Assembly: GCF_009834535.1 (NCBI RefSeq)
Contig: NC_045696.1
Location: 81,594,001-81,658,000 of the forward strand
DNA: 64,000 nt
Direction of reading: 5' to 3'
From: Camelus ferus
Lineage: Eukaryota
The position numbers and the translations under genes were made by a program. The notes under the pieces are model-generated. The model worked only from the letters and a program-made list of their open reading frames with translations. It was not told the DNA's origin and did not search any database. Of this stretch, positions 52,943 through 64,000 are shown one piece after another; within the stretch, counting starts at the first letter, position 1; the number at the start of each line of letters is the position of its first letter.

Positions 52943-53419
52943 TGTGATAATTTTACGTGTCAACTTAGTGAGGCCACGGTACCTAGATATTTGGTTAGAC
53001 ATTATTCTGGATGTTTCTTTGAAGGTGTTTTTGGATGAGATTAACATTTACATGGATGGACTTTGAGTAAAGCCGATTACTTTCCATAACGGGGGTGTGC
53101 CTCGTCCAATCAGCTGAAGATCTTAATAGAACAAAGACTGACCTCCCCCAAGCAAAAAGGAATTCTGCCTGAAGACTCCCTTTGGACTTGAACTGCAACT
53201 CTTCCCTGAGTCTCCAGCCTGCCAGACCACCCCATGAGATTTTGGACTCATCAAACCTCCATAACTGTGTGAGCCAATTCCTTAAATAACTCTGTCTCTG
53301 TTTCTCTTTCTCTCCCTCTATCTATAATAACCTATATAGAGCAAGAGAACCAATATATATGCCACATCCTATTAGCTCTCTTTCTCTCTATTTTTCTCTG
53401 GACAACCCTGACTTATACA
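52943..53419 (+). mobile_element. ERVL solo LTR (MLT2B-like)
   Basis: TG...CA termini; perfect 5-bp TSD ATTAC (52938-52942, 53420-53424). Confidence 0.92.
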
Positions 53420-54510
53420 ATTACTATGAACAAAAAATGGAGAGAGTTGTTGAAAATGGGCATCTCTAGACTCCTGTGAAATCTGATAAAACCAATACTT
53501 TCTGCCCACTCAGGACAGAAGAACAAAGTTTTGCATACAATGTCTACCCCTTCAAAGGACGTTGCAGACTTCTTTCATAAAATTCAGCACATTTATTGGG
53601 TAAAAGAAGAAAAGAGCATGTTTGACAGTGAGAGTCCAGGTCTCTGATCATGGATGTTTCATATGTTGACCATGAAGTGGAGTGGGCAGCTGTCGCATAA
53701 GTGACCTGGAAAGTCAGGAGACTGTAAGTGCCTTCCCAACTTCCTGGTAAAGTCTGGCTTTCTCCCCAGGAACCAGAAAGGTAGGGTTATTATCCTTGAT
53801 TTTTCACATGAGACAGGATGAGAATCATCAAGTTTGAAAACACTCCTTTCACTCATGGATTTATTAAGGCTCAGGATAAACAGATGGGATGAGGCTGAAG
53901 AAGCTGTTTGGGAACCAAGGGACTCTTTCCTTCTGGCAACACATCAAGACCATTTAGATAATGACACCAAGAGTGCCAGTAATCCCTTATGGACCAAGGG
54001 ACTCTTACAGCACGGCTTATTTAAGCACAAAACATGCCACAAAGATACTGGGCTCCTGTGACGTGCTACTAGGCTCTATTCACACTTTAGTGCTTGAACA
54101 ATATCCTTACACCCTTTTCTATCTTTCTAATTGTCTCCTTTTCTTTTCTTTTTTTTTTTTTTAAACAAATAAGAAAATTGAAGGGACAGTGGAGTCAAGT
54201 GACTCGCCTAAGGCCACAAAGATAGTAAGGAGCGGAGGTGAGATCTAACTCAGATTCTCTGGCTGTAAGCTCCTTCTCTTTCTATTGCATCTGCAGCCTC
54301 TCTCCAGTGGCCCACCCTTTCCCTACCACCCCTCCTACTGAGTGGCCATGGACAAGGGCATGATGTAGAATGCCAATGTGAGAAGACAATATTGCAATGA
54401 AAAAGAAGGAAAGAAACACCACTTCTCAATGCAGCAATCACTGGCAAGGGAAGCAATGTTGCTGTGAAAATAGGGTGCCCACAATGCCTTATTGGTGGGA
54501 AGTTAGAGAT

Positions 54511-54562
54511 CACACACACACACACACACACACACACATGCACACACGCACACATGCACACA
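54511..54562. repeat. (CA)n microsatellite with imperfect tail
   Basis: Direct reading. Confidence 0.95.
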
Positions 54563-54627
54563 AGACTGGTAGAGTCTAGATCATGGAACCAACAGGATCA
54601 TCTCCATGACTGTTTCTTTTTTTTTCC

Positions 54628-54794
54628 CAGGGGAGAGTGTGAACAGATAGTCCCTCACTATCACCAATTATTCAGTTAAGCTCCCCACATTTGGGGAAAT
54701 CCTTGGGGTCAGCACATCCAGAGTGCAACGTATGAGGCTCGCCCTGGGAAAACCACCTTAGTGAGTCTGGTATCTTGCCTGCTGAGTTAAGTGT
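54628..54794 (-). pseudogene. RNU1: Full-length processed U1 snRNA pseudogene
   Basis: Minus strand reads ACACTTAACTCAGCAGG..GATACCA..AAGGTGGTTTTCCCAGGGCGAG..TTGCACTCTGGATGTGCTGACCCC..GATTTCCCCAAATGTGGG..CCCCTG, then an A tail; 15-bp TSD TCCATGACTGTTTCT. Confidence 0.95.
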
Positions 54795-54919
54795 CCATGA
54801 CTGTTTCTGACTGAGGAAAGTTCCCCTAAGAGTCCTCGGTGTGAATTGTCTACATATGCCTCCTAGAGAAAAGACTTAGAATTTCACATTATGGATAAGC
54901 TTGACAGTGAATATGTAGG

Positions 54920-55388
54920 TTTTTAGTCGTCCAGTGGAATTTATTAAGCATCTATTATGGTCAAGACTCTGACCTCAAAGAAGCTGGAGAGGAATTCCAA
55001 CATAACAGAATTCCTGGGTTCTGCCCTCCAGGAGCTTTTTTATCCAGACTTACCAAGGAAGATTAAAATTAAAGCTGGAAAGAGGTACAACCAGCCTGCC
55101 CTACTAACTCTAAGGGAAAAGTGTTTCATTTCAGCTGGGGAATCGAGAGAAGCTTTATAAAGTAGATGAAATTTGAGCTGGACGTTACAGGCTGAGAGCA
55201 ACTTCAGCTGGTGGAAAATGGAGGGAATTGCCTTTCTAGCTAAGGAAACAGATGTGGAAGTGTGAGGGCATATGGTGTTTAGGGGAGACGGGACCAGCTT
55301 ATGTGACCAGAGCAGAGGCAAAATAAGGGACGTGGAGGGACATGAAGCTGGCTCTCACATGGAGTTTTGAATGCTAGGATAAGAAATG
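54920..55388 (-). mobile_element. L2 3' region
   Basis: TTTATTAAGCATCTATTATG...CTGCCCTCCAGGAGCTT. Confidence 0.7.
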
Positions 55389-55815
55389 TGTGGTAGACGT
55401 GATTATGGTTCCCAGCTCTCCACTCTTCCTGTAACAGAAGCACACACCTCCAGTCACTGCCGTGTGGTTTCAGTGCCTCCAGCGGGAGTTTACATTTCTG
55501 CCCCACTGACACTGGACTTGGTCGTGTGACTTGCTTCTGCCATGACATGTAAATCACATACGCCATGTCTTAGTGGAAGCCTTAGGAGCCATTCTTTGTT
55601 TCCAACGTATCCCTTGCTTTTTTTGTTCTGCACCAGAATGGCTTATCCCATAGAGGACCTGCTTCTTTAGCTGAGTTCTGGAATGACCCTTGTAGCAGAA
55701 CCATAGTTGACCCCACAATGCCCCATGACTAACTTGTAATGTAAGTAAGAAAGAAATTTTTGCTGTTGTAACTGAAATGTTGGGGTTGTTTGTTGCCACA
55801 GCAAAACTGACCAAA
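55389..55815 (+). mobile_element. MaLR LTR (MLT1I-like)
   Basis: TGTGGTAGAC start; GGGGTTGTTTGTTGCCACAGCAAAACTGAC end. Confidence 0.75.
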
Positions 55816-56549
55816 AAAAAAATTTTAACGTTATTCTGAAGATAATGGGTTTTGGAAAAGACAACAAAAAATTTCCCTTCTCCCCTCCCTGGCAGTCCCA
55901 TGAATTTCAGTGGTGAACAAAGCCACATTTTAATTCCTGATTCTATTCAGATTCCATTGCTTTTTCCATATCAGAGATATTGGGGGAGAGAGGATAGAAT
56001 AACAATTAGCTTAATACGCACTTTTTGTAGCTCCTGGATCAGATTCACCTGGAATCTATGTAAATCTGATAAACTGCACTGTGAGCATCCAGCACTTTGT
56101 AGCTGATGGCAGCAAAAACAGCACTTCCTTCCAAATTGTTAAGGATTTTGCCAATTCATCAAATAGGAATAAAGATTTCAATTTTATACTTGAAGCTTTA
56201 TTTTCCAATGATGGAATATTCCATTCAGCCTCAGCAAAGAAATAAATGGACAGACGTTTCACGCAGAGATGACCACAAGAGAAGTGGATAGTGCCAGCCA
56301 CGATGCTGAAATTCTACGCTGCCACCAACACAAGTAAACTCAGAGCAGTTTAACTTCCATTAGGTTAATGAGAAGGATTTGAGAATCCCATCCATTTGTT
56401 AGTACCTCCATTTCTGATGTATCACCTAATTGAGCCCCAACAAGGGTCATAATTCATCACATAGTGCGGGAGGGAGCATTTTAGGTGGAGAGAGTAGGAG
56501 CTTGGATAACACCAGTAATAGTGACGATCATAAAGAAATGAAAAGAGAA

Positions 56550-56775
56550 AGAGAATAGGCTCTGGATTCAGTTCAACCTCAACTGCAAAGATGGCTTGCA
56601 ACTTATTAGTTATAGATTCTGGGGAAAGCTGTTTTTTAAATCCCTGCAACAAAGTTTCCTTATTTACAAAATGGATGCAATAGTAGCTCTTGGCTATAGT
56701 GATCATGAGGATAATATAAGATAATGAGCTTAAAGTACTTGGCATACGTAGTAGATGCTCAAGATACGTTGTTGA
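56550..56775 (+). mobile_element. MIR
   Basis: GGCTCTGGATTCAG...AGTTTCCTTATTTACAAAATGG...TGGCATACGTAGTAGATGCTCAA. Confidence 0.7.
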
Positions 56776-56964
56776 AGTTTTCTTTATTCAATGCTTAGTT
56801 TTTAGCTGCTTGTCAGCTGAATGCTTTCCTAACCCTATCGAAATTCTCCCCATCCCTCAGTGTCTAGATTTACTATCTCATCAAAGTCTTCTCCGACTTC
56901 AGTGTGTGATACTCTACCTTGTCTAAAACAGCAGTAAAGGTTACGGATGTGCATTTTTGAATTT

Positions 56965-59400
56965 ATTAATTAATTCATTCATTTATTCAAGAAGTATTTC
57001 TGGAGTACTTCCTCTGTACCAGTCACTGTTCTAGGTGCTGGAAATAGAGCTGTGAACAAAGTCTTGCTCTCACTGAACTTATAGTAGGAAGAGTAGGATA
57101 ATTAATAAATAAGTAAATAAATATGCAGTAAGTCAAATAATGATAAGTGCTACGAAGAAAAATAAAACAGGACAAGAAAAGGGAGTACCAGAGTGGGAAG
57201 GTTATTATTATATATCAGGTGGTCAAGAAAGGCCTCACTGAGGTAATAATGGAGTAGAGAGAGTGAGCCATGAGAAACCTGTGGGATGACATCTCAGGGT
57301 AAAGGGCATAGCCAGTGCAAAGGCCCTGAGGCAGGAGATAGCTTGGCATGTTCTAGGAAGGACACTTGTGTGGCTGAGCAGAGTAAGCCAGGGAGAGTGG
57401 TGGGAGATAAGGTCAGGAAGGTATGATCTGGTAGTTGATGGGAAGGACTCTAATTTTCAGTCTGAGTGAGTTGGGATTCCACAGGAGGGTTTTGAGCAAA
57501 GAAGTTACATTCTTTTACTTATATTTTTAAAAGGCTCATTCCATATGCTGTGTTGAAAAATAGATTTCAGAGGAATAAGGACAGAAGGAGAGAGAAAGTA
57601 AGGGACTTTTTCAGAAAGAAGTGAGAGACAATGGTAGCTTAGACAAGATGGTAATAATGAAGTGATGAAAAGTGGAGTCTGGATTGATTTTGAAGAAAGA
57701 ATAAAAAAGATTTTCTGATAGATTGAGAATGTGATGGGAAAGAAAGAAAGAAAGGAGTCGAGAATGATTCCAAAGTCTTTGGTCTTAATGACTGGGAGGA
57801 TGGGGGGACTGGGAGGAGTAGATTTGGGGCTGAGGGAGAATCATGTTCACTCTGGCATCTGGTGAGCTATCTATTCCATACCCAAGTGGCGATCCATTAG
57901 GCAGATGGATACGTGAGTCTGGAGTTAGAGGGAGAAGTCTAGGCTTGAAATACAAATTTGGGGGTAAAAAGCACAGAAGGAAATTTAAAGCTGTGAGAAA
58001 GAGTGTTCAGGGCTTGGGGAAAATGAGGAGGAACAAGGAAAGGAGACAGAGAAGGAACAACCAGGGAGGAGGGCTGAGAGTGGTGCCCTGGAAGCCAAGC
58101 GATGGGAGTGCTGAAGAAGGAGGCAGTGATCAGCCGTGTAAAATGCTGCCAATAAGATGAACAAAGTGAAGGCTGAGAATCGGCTGTTGCATCTGGGACG
58201 GTGGAGGTGGCTGAAGATCTTGATAAGAGCAGTTTGCAAGGAGCAGTTTTGAGAATGAAAGCCTGAGCTGTATTTAGGAAAGACACTGGAGAGAGGAATG
58301 GGAATTACTGGGTCCAGAAGGCTCATTCAAGGAGATTTTCGGTAAAGCAAACCAGTAGCTACAGGGGAAAGTGGGGTCAAGGCAGATTTTGCTTTATTTT
58401 TGTTATATACGTGGTAATTCAGCATGTTTATATGCTGCTGGGAATGACCCAATGGAACATACTGTTGATCAGGAAAGAAGAGATAACTGCTGGAAATATA
58501 TTCATGAACAGGTACACAGTGGAGGAATTTGGGTTTTACAACAAATTTTTATTACATTTTTTTGTTTGTGGGTTTTTCTGAGGGGTAATTAGTTTTTTTT
58601 ATTTATTTAATGGAGGTACTGGGGATTGAACCCAGGACCCTGTGCATGCTAAATGTGCACTCTACCACTGAGCTATACCTCGCGCCCAGAACTTGGCTTT
58701 AGATAGGAACCCAGCTAGATCATCCAGAGCAACAAGAAGGGGAGGACGGCATTTATGCACAGATAGAGTTAGCTGGGAGAAGTGGGAGTTGGGAGAATAG
58801 GGGAATTCTCTTCTGAGAGCTTCTGTTTTTTCCCTCCAGTGGAATAGAAAGCGGTGAAAGAATGGAGGAGATGCTGGAGGTTTGAAGAGAGAAGAACGTG
58901 AAAAATAGTTACCTTAGGAAGTCGGGGATGGAATGGATCTTGACAATGGAGAAGGACTGACAGCAGCTCTACGGACCGCCTGACACCGGGAGTCATGAAC
59001 TTAAAATGAGATTTGCTGTTGTGGAAATTGTCTCCAGCCACAATCAGCTGCTGGGTACAGGTGAAGACTAGGAGGGGAGCTGAATTTAAGCATGGTTTTA
59101 CCAAGCTGATGCCATGAAAGAAAAGAAGGAAAAGTGACTTTAAGGGAATGTGAAGAAGGACAGGGAATAGAAGTGAGCAGTTGTTAATGACAGACCATGG
59201 AGTGTGAGCTGAGTAGAAGGTGGGGGGTGGGGGGAGTACAGAACCTGGAGGGGTGAGAGACAGTGACAGGGATGGAGTCAACCTGGTGAGGCTGAAGAAT
59301 TGTTGCAGCTTGAATGTTAGAGAAAGCGGTCTGAAAAGATAGGGTCAGTTGGTCTTAGAGTGGGATGCACAGAATGGCCACATTGAGGGTATGACTATAT
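56965..59400 (-). mobile_element. Long L2 (L2a-like) remnant
   Basis: (ATTC)n tail at 56975; ORF 58769 contains KPCLN...HFKFMT, similar to L2 ORF2. Confidence 0.85.
58538..58686 (-). mobile_element. vic-1-like SINE nested in L2
   Basis: A/B boxes; degenerate TSD GAATTTGGGTTTTA / GAACTTGGCTTTA. Confidence 0.88.
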
Positions 59401-60509
59401 GAGGGTAGGACAGTCACTCATTGGTACTACCTGGGTCTAATGTCCCCAGTAAGCCCTTAGAGGAGAGGAGCCATATCTCATAAGTCTTTGCCTTTCTCCT
59501 CAAGCATCCAGCACAGTGCCGTGGGTTTAGCAGGGGCTTCATTAACGCTTATGAATAAGTGTTGAGTAAAAAGTTCAGTCATTGAGGACTACAAAAAAAA
59601 TCAGGGCAGTGAGACTCAGATTTTCTTTTATAAACTACCACTTTCTGCATTTCTCCCCCCAAATTATTGCCAAGTCATTGGGATCAGCTAAAGGGGATCC
59701 CTGGCCTTAGAGGTATTAAAGTCACGGTTTCAATTATTCAAAGCCAATCACAGAATTCCATGGCAGGAGGTCATTTGTACTTCGTGAAAGCATGAATTTG
59801 GGCTCAATGGTTTTGAGCTTTAGCTGGTGAGGGCGACTACCTAGTTACTTGATGTGTACATCTCAGTGTGTCTTGTTATTGATAGCTATTATTAGATTTG
59901 TAGGCACTGTCTGGAGGAAAGAAAATAAACTATTTGTAAAAATTGCTTAAAATCGAAAGCAGTATTTTCATTGGGGAACCCATAGAGGCATTTGCATACA
60001 AACCTCAAGGATGTAAAAATAACCACATTTCACATCCATTATATTCAAATGGGCTCACTGCTTTAATCTACATCTTGGCATGTTGCTAAATACCCAGACC
60101 AAAGAGTACCAGGCATTGGGCGAAATTTTCTTCAGCCAAAACTAGCAATAGTGACAAGCTCAGGGAAACAACAGGAAAACACCTTTTGGGGTCATGGGCT
60201 GGGAGAATGAAAATAAATCAAGGTTTAAAAAAAAAAAAAAAACCACACCTTGTCAGATAAAATGTACTGCCTTCCCCAGTACTGGAGGGATAATTGGGAG
60301 GCTGAGGCTTATAATAATCAGTCAAATCTGATCACCCAGCAGCTTTGGCAAGAAAGAGAATGGGGACTTAATTTAATGTTTTGGCAAGAGCCTGCTGCTT
60401 TCCACTTGCCCTGCTCAGACAGACAAGATCTTCAGAGGAATCCAGCCTAACAGTATCCCTAACCCTCACCCCCATGTAGTCCTCACCCCAGTGTGGTTCT
60501 CTGCAATCC

Positions 60510-60665
60510 ACAAATCTCACTGAATGAATTCCTACAACCTCCTTAGGCAAAGATATTAGTATCTCACTTTGAGGTCATGAGTCGGAGGCTCAGAGGGTCC
60601 AAGTCATTTGCTGAAGGACATCTAGCCCACACCTGGCAGAGCAGTGATTCAAACCACATCTTCTC
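60510..60665 (-). mobile_element. MIR
   Basis: GAGGCTCAGAGGGTCCAAGTCATTTGCTGAAGG. Confidence 0.65.
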
Positions 60666-61038
60666 CATCCGGTCACGCCCTTTTCACACCCCAACCAGCC
60701 CTATCTTGGTGAGAGTTTGACCTGAGGGGCACTTGGTCAGCTCACACGGGGCATTTGTCCTCACTCACTGATGGTGCATTTCAATCAGGATCGCCTTTTG
60801 GGAGGGAAGAACATCCCAGAAGCAGATTTTCAGCCTTGCCTTTAAGAGGCCCGTGTCTTCCAGTGTTACGTCCCATACCTGTTTCTTCCCCTTCTCCATC
60901 CCACTGCCCTCCATTACCTCATGTCAGACTAGCACATCTAAGCTGAACATCCTGCCACTTGTGCCTTTTTCTTCCAAACTGGTTTTCTCACTGATGTAGA
61001 GTCACTCTTCTAAGATGCTAGCTTCATTACTGATTTTA

Positions 61039-61115
61039 TTCTTTTCCATTTAAAAAAAAATTGAAGTATAGTCATGTATTCCTTTTCATATTTTTTCATT
61101 CTTTTTCATTGTAGG
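61039..61115 (-). mobile_element. Mini L1 3'UTR insertion inside an L2 fragment
   Basis: 16-bp TSD TTCATTACTGATTTTA / TTCATTATTGACTTTA. Confidence 0.75.
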
Positions 61116-63020
61116 TTCATTATTGACTTTAAAACATTCACCGGCTGTTGTTCTCAGGATCAGGTACAAACTCCTTGGCTTGGTATTCAAGGCCTTCATA
61201 ATTTGGCTCCAAACTATTTTGTAATCTGTGCCCCACTTCTTCCCTCCCTGTCACCGCAAAGTGTGCATCTTCCCATGTCTGACCCTTTATGTCCTGTGTT
61301 AACTCTGCATGTGGTGTCCTCAGCCTTTTCTTACACCACTATGTCCAACTTCCATTCTTTCAAAGCTGAGGTCCAGCTTATCTCCTCGAGCCTTTGTCAG
61401 AACATTCCAGGACCTGGTAGTTCTTTCAGGGCTAGTGTCTTCTGTTTGCCCCTCCAGATTCACTTTCCACCCTCTCCAGCCTCCTCCTGACCCGAGAAGG
61501 GAGTGCCGTGGACTGGCTCCCTTCCTCCCCAGATCCTGATCTCTCTCTGTGGGTTTCCTCCTCCAACACTCACTGCTGTAAATAGCCTGTTTAAAGAATT
61601 AAAGTCTCCTCAAATTTCCTGCTTCCTGCCAAGACCCTGACTGACATCTTTCCCTTCCTCTATATACTCACAGGGCTAATTTATTGCTTTAAGCCTTCAT
61701 ATACCATATCAAAGCCTGCCTTGAATTAATAGCTATTTTCCTCTGTAAGTATCTGTTCTCCACCTGACTAAAGTTTCCTGAAGGCAAGAAATATGTATTA
61801 TATTCCGATCCATGCTTGACTGTCCCCCCATCCCTTACTATCCCAACAGAACTTAGCACATCTTTTACTATTACGTGTCCCTGCGTAAAGGAAACCTAAA
61901 TGGGTTCGGAACAGCAGAACTATTTAAAGTCCTAAGCAAACACACACTTGAAAGTATAGAACTAGAAGGAAATAGGTAGTTGAATGATGCCAGGAGTTGA
62001 TATATTGCACCTTCCTTTCTCCAGGTAATTGGTTCCATTTTAGTCCTGCTCAGAATTAAGTAAATTGTTACAATAACTCAAAAGACCTCTTCACTGGCTT
62101 CAGTTTACTTACTTCCTGGCCAGCGAGGGACAGCTACAAAGGATGGTATTCACGTTAAGAATGTGACAAACTTTCTGTTCCTTAGAAATGGCTTCTAAAA
62201 CACCTGGGCAACAATTTTCCAGAAATAAAGGTGACTACTAATGTTGTTATAAAAGGTGAATTTACCTCTAACCGCTTTTGTGAAGACTGAAGTAAAAAGT
62301 ATAAAATACCTAGCTCAGTGCCTGGAACATGGTATTACTCAGTGGGGTAGCGTCCTCCTCCCTGATATTCAGATGCATGTACATTACATATATATATATA
62401 TATAATTATATTAAAATATAGAGTTACATATACAAAGAGTACATAGATTTAATTATAAATGTGTTACATAAATTATAAAATGTAGCATCAACATAATACA
62501 GATTGTGCTTTTGGAAACTTAAACTAAGAACAAAATTTATACGCTTTTAACTATAATAAGTATGCCATACATTAAGGGAAATTACCATTTCCCAAAATTC
62601 ATAAGCAAAAGAATCATTGCCTTAGACAATTTGCTGAAAATTAAATGCAATCTGGACAGTGTCTTTGTGGCTATTGTGAAATGCAGATATGGAAATGTTC
62701 TCATTATTTTAATTGCCCTAGGCATTGGAATTGGCTACAAACTTAATCTCTGTAGATGTTTTAAAGATGTTTTAAGGAACAAGACCAGTGAATCCATTGA
62801 CAAGGAAAGAGAGTTATAAAGAACCAGCTAAAAAGTATCTTTATTCCTTGTAAAAAAAATCTTGTAAGTAATGGGAAATTGAGAAATGGGTTACACTGAA
62901 TCCCAGCTCTAGATTGGATTGGAGTGAACCCAGCTTTTTCAGATCGCCTCCATCTCTATTTCTTTCTCTTCCTGTTTTTCTTATTCCTCTGATACTTTGT
63001 TTCTTTGGCTTTGCTTCTTT

Positions 63021-63931
63021 TTAAATTTGTTTTTATTGAAGCATAGTTGATTTACAATATTATATTGTTTTTTAGGTGTACAATATGATTCAAATTTTTT
63101 AATAGATTATACTTCACAAGTTATTATAAAATACTGGCTATAGTCCCTGTGCTGTACAAAATATCCTTGTAGCTTATTTATTTTATACATAATAGTTTGC
63201 ACCTCTTAATCCCCCTGCCCTATTTTGCCCCTCCCTTCTCCCCTCTCCCCACTGGTAATCACTTGTTTGTTCTCTATGTTTGTGAGTCTGTTTCTATTTC
63301 ATTGTATTAATTTGTTTGTTTTACTTTTTAGATTCCACATATAACTGATAACATACAATATTTTTCTTTCTCTGACTTATTTCACTAAACGTAATACCCT
63401 CTAGGTCCATCCATGCTGTTGCAAATGAACAAAATTTCATTCTTTTTATGGCTGAGTAATATTCCATTGCATACATGTACCACATCTTCTTTATCCACTC
63501 ATCTGTTGATGGACTCTTGAGTTGCTTCCGTATCTTAGATACTGCAAATAGTGCTGCTGTGAACATTGGGGTGCATGTGTCTTTTCAAATTAGTGTTTTC
63601 ATTTGCTTTGGATATATACCCAGGAGTGGGATTGCTGGATTATATGGTAGTTCTATTTTTAGTTTTTTAAGGAACCTCCATACTGTTTTTGATAGTGGCT
63701 GCAGCAATTTACATTCCCACTAACAGTATACAAGGGTTCCTTTTTCTCCACATCCTCTACAACATTTGTTATTTTGTGGTCTTTTTGATGATAGCCATTT
63801 TGACATGTATGAGGTGATATCTCATTGTGGTTTTGATTTGAATTCATCTGATGATTAGTGATCTTTTCATGTGTCTGCTGGTGGCCATCTGGATGCCTCC
63901 TTTGGAAAAATGTCTATTCAGGTCTCCATTG
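63021..63931 (-). mobile_element. 5'-truncated L1 (ORF2 end and 3'UTR)
   Basis: ORF 63321 [40 protein letters not shown] / GGCTCTGCTTCTTT. Confidence 0.92.
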
Positions 63932-64000
63932 GGCTCTGCTTCTTTGCAGTTCTTCTTGTTCAAGGCTTCTACTGTCTGGTGGGTCCCCTGGATTCCTCTC

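Noticed and set aside
6759..58686. The four tRNA-Ala-like sequences as tRNA genes
   Set aside because: Each has a SINE-specific tail and TSD; they are SINEs
6759..58686. All four SINEs on the minus strand as evidence for host-gene orientation
   Set aside because: n=4 is too small, and L1/LTR orientations are mixed
1..64000. ORF-track entries as host protein-coding genes
   Set aside because: Recognisable peptides are L1, L2 or Tigger remnants; the rest are short, often low-complexity, and form no consistent exon chain
1..64000. CRISPR array, rRNA, numt or viral gene
   Set aside because: No repeat-spacer structure and no recognisable sequence of these kinds

Overview
Mammalian non-coding DNA (intergenic or deep intron), most likely camelid: four copies of a tRNA-Ala-derived SINE matching the camelid vic-1 family and several young L1 3' ends. 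I recognise no protein-coding exon; the listed ORFs are TE remnants or chance. By eye, about half or more of the window is interspersed repeat: L1, L2, MIR, MaLR/ERVL LTRs, Tigger and hAT elements. Clear extra features are a full-length processed U1 snRNA pseudogene with a 15-bp TSD, a 43-bp locally templated insertion inside an L1, a short polyadenylated LTR-like retrocopy with TSD, an inverted L1MC-type element, and a long L2 reaching its endonuclease domain. Several TE-free islands carry transcription-factor motif clusters. I found no convincing new biological system. Repeat subfamily names come from recalled consensus sequences, and boundaries without a TSD/TIR are approximate.
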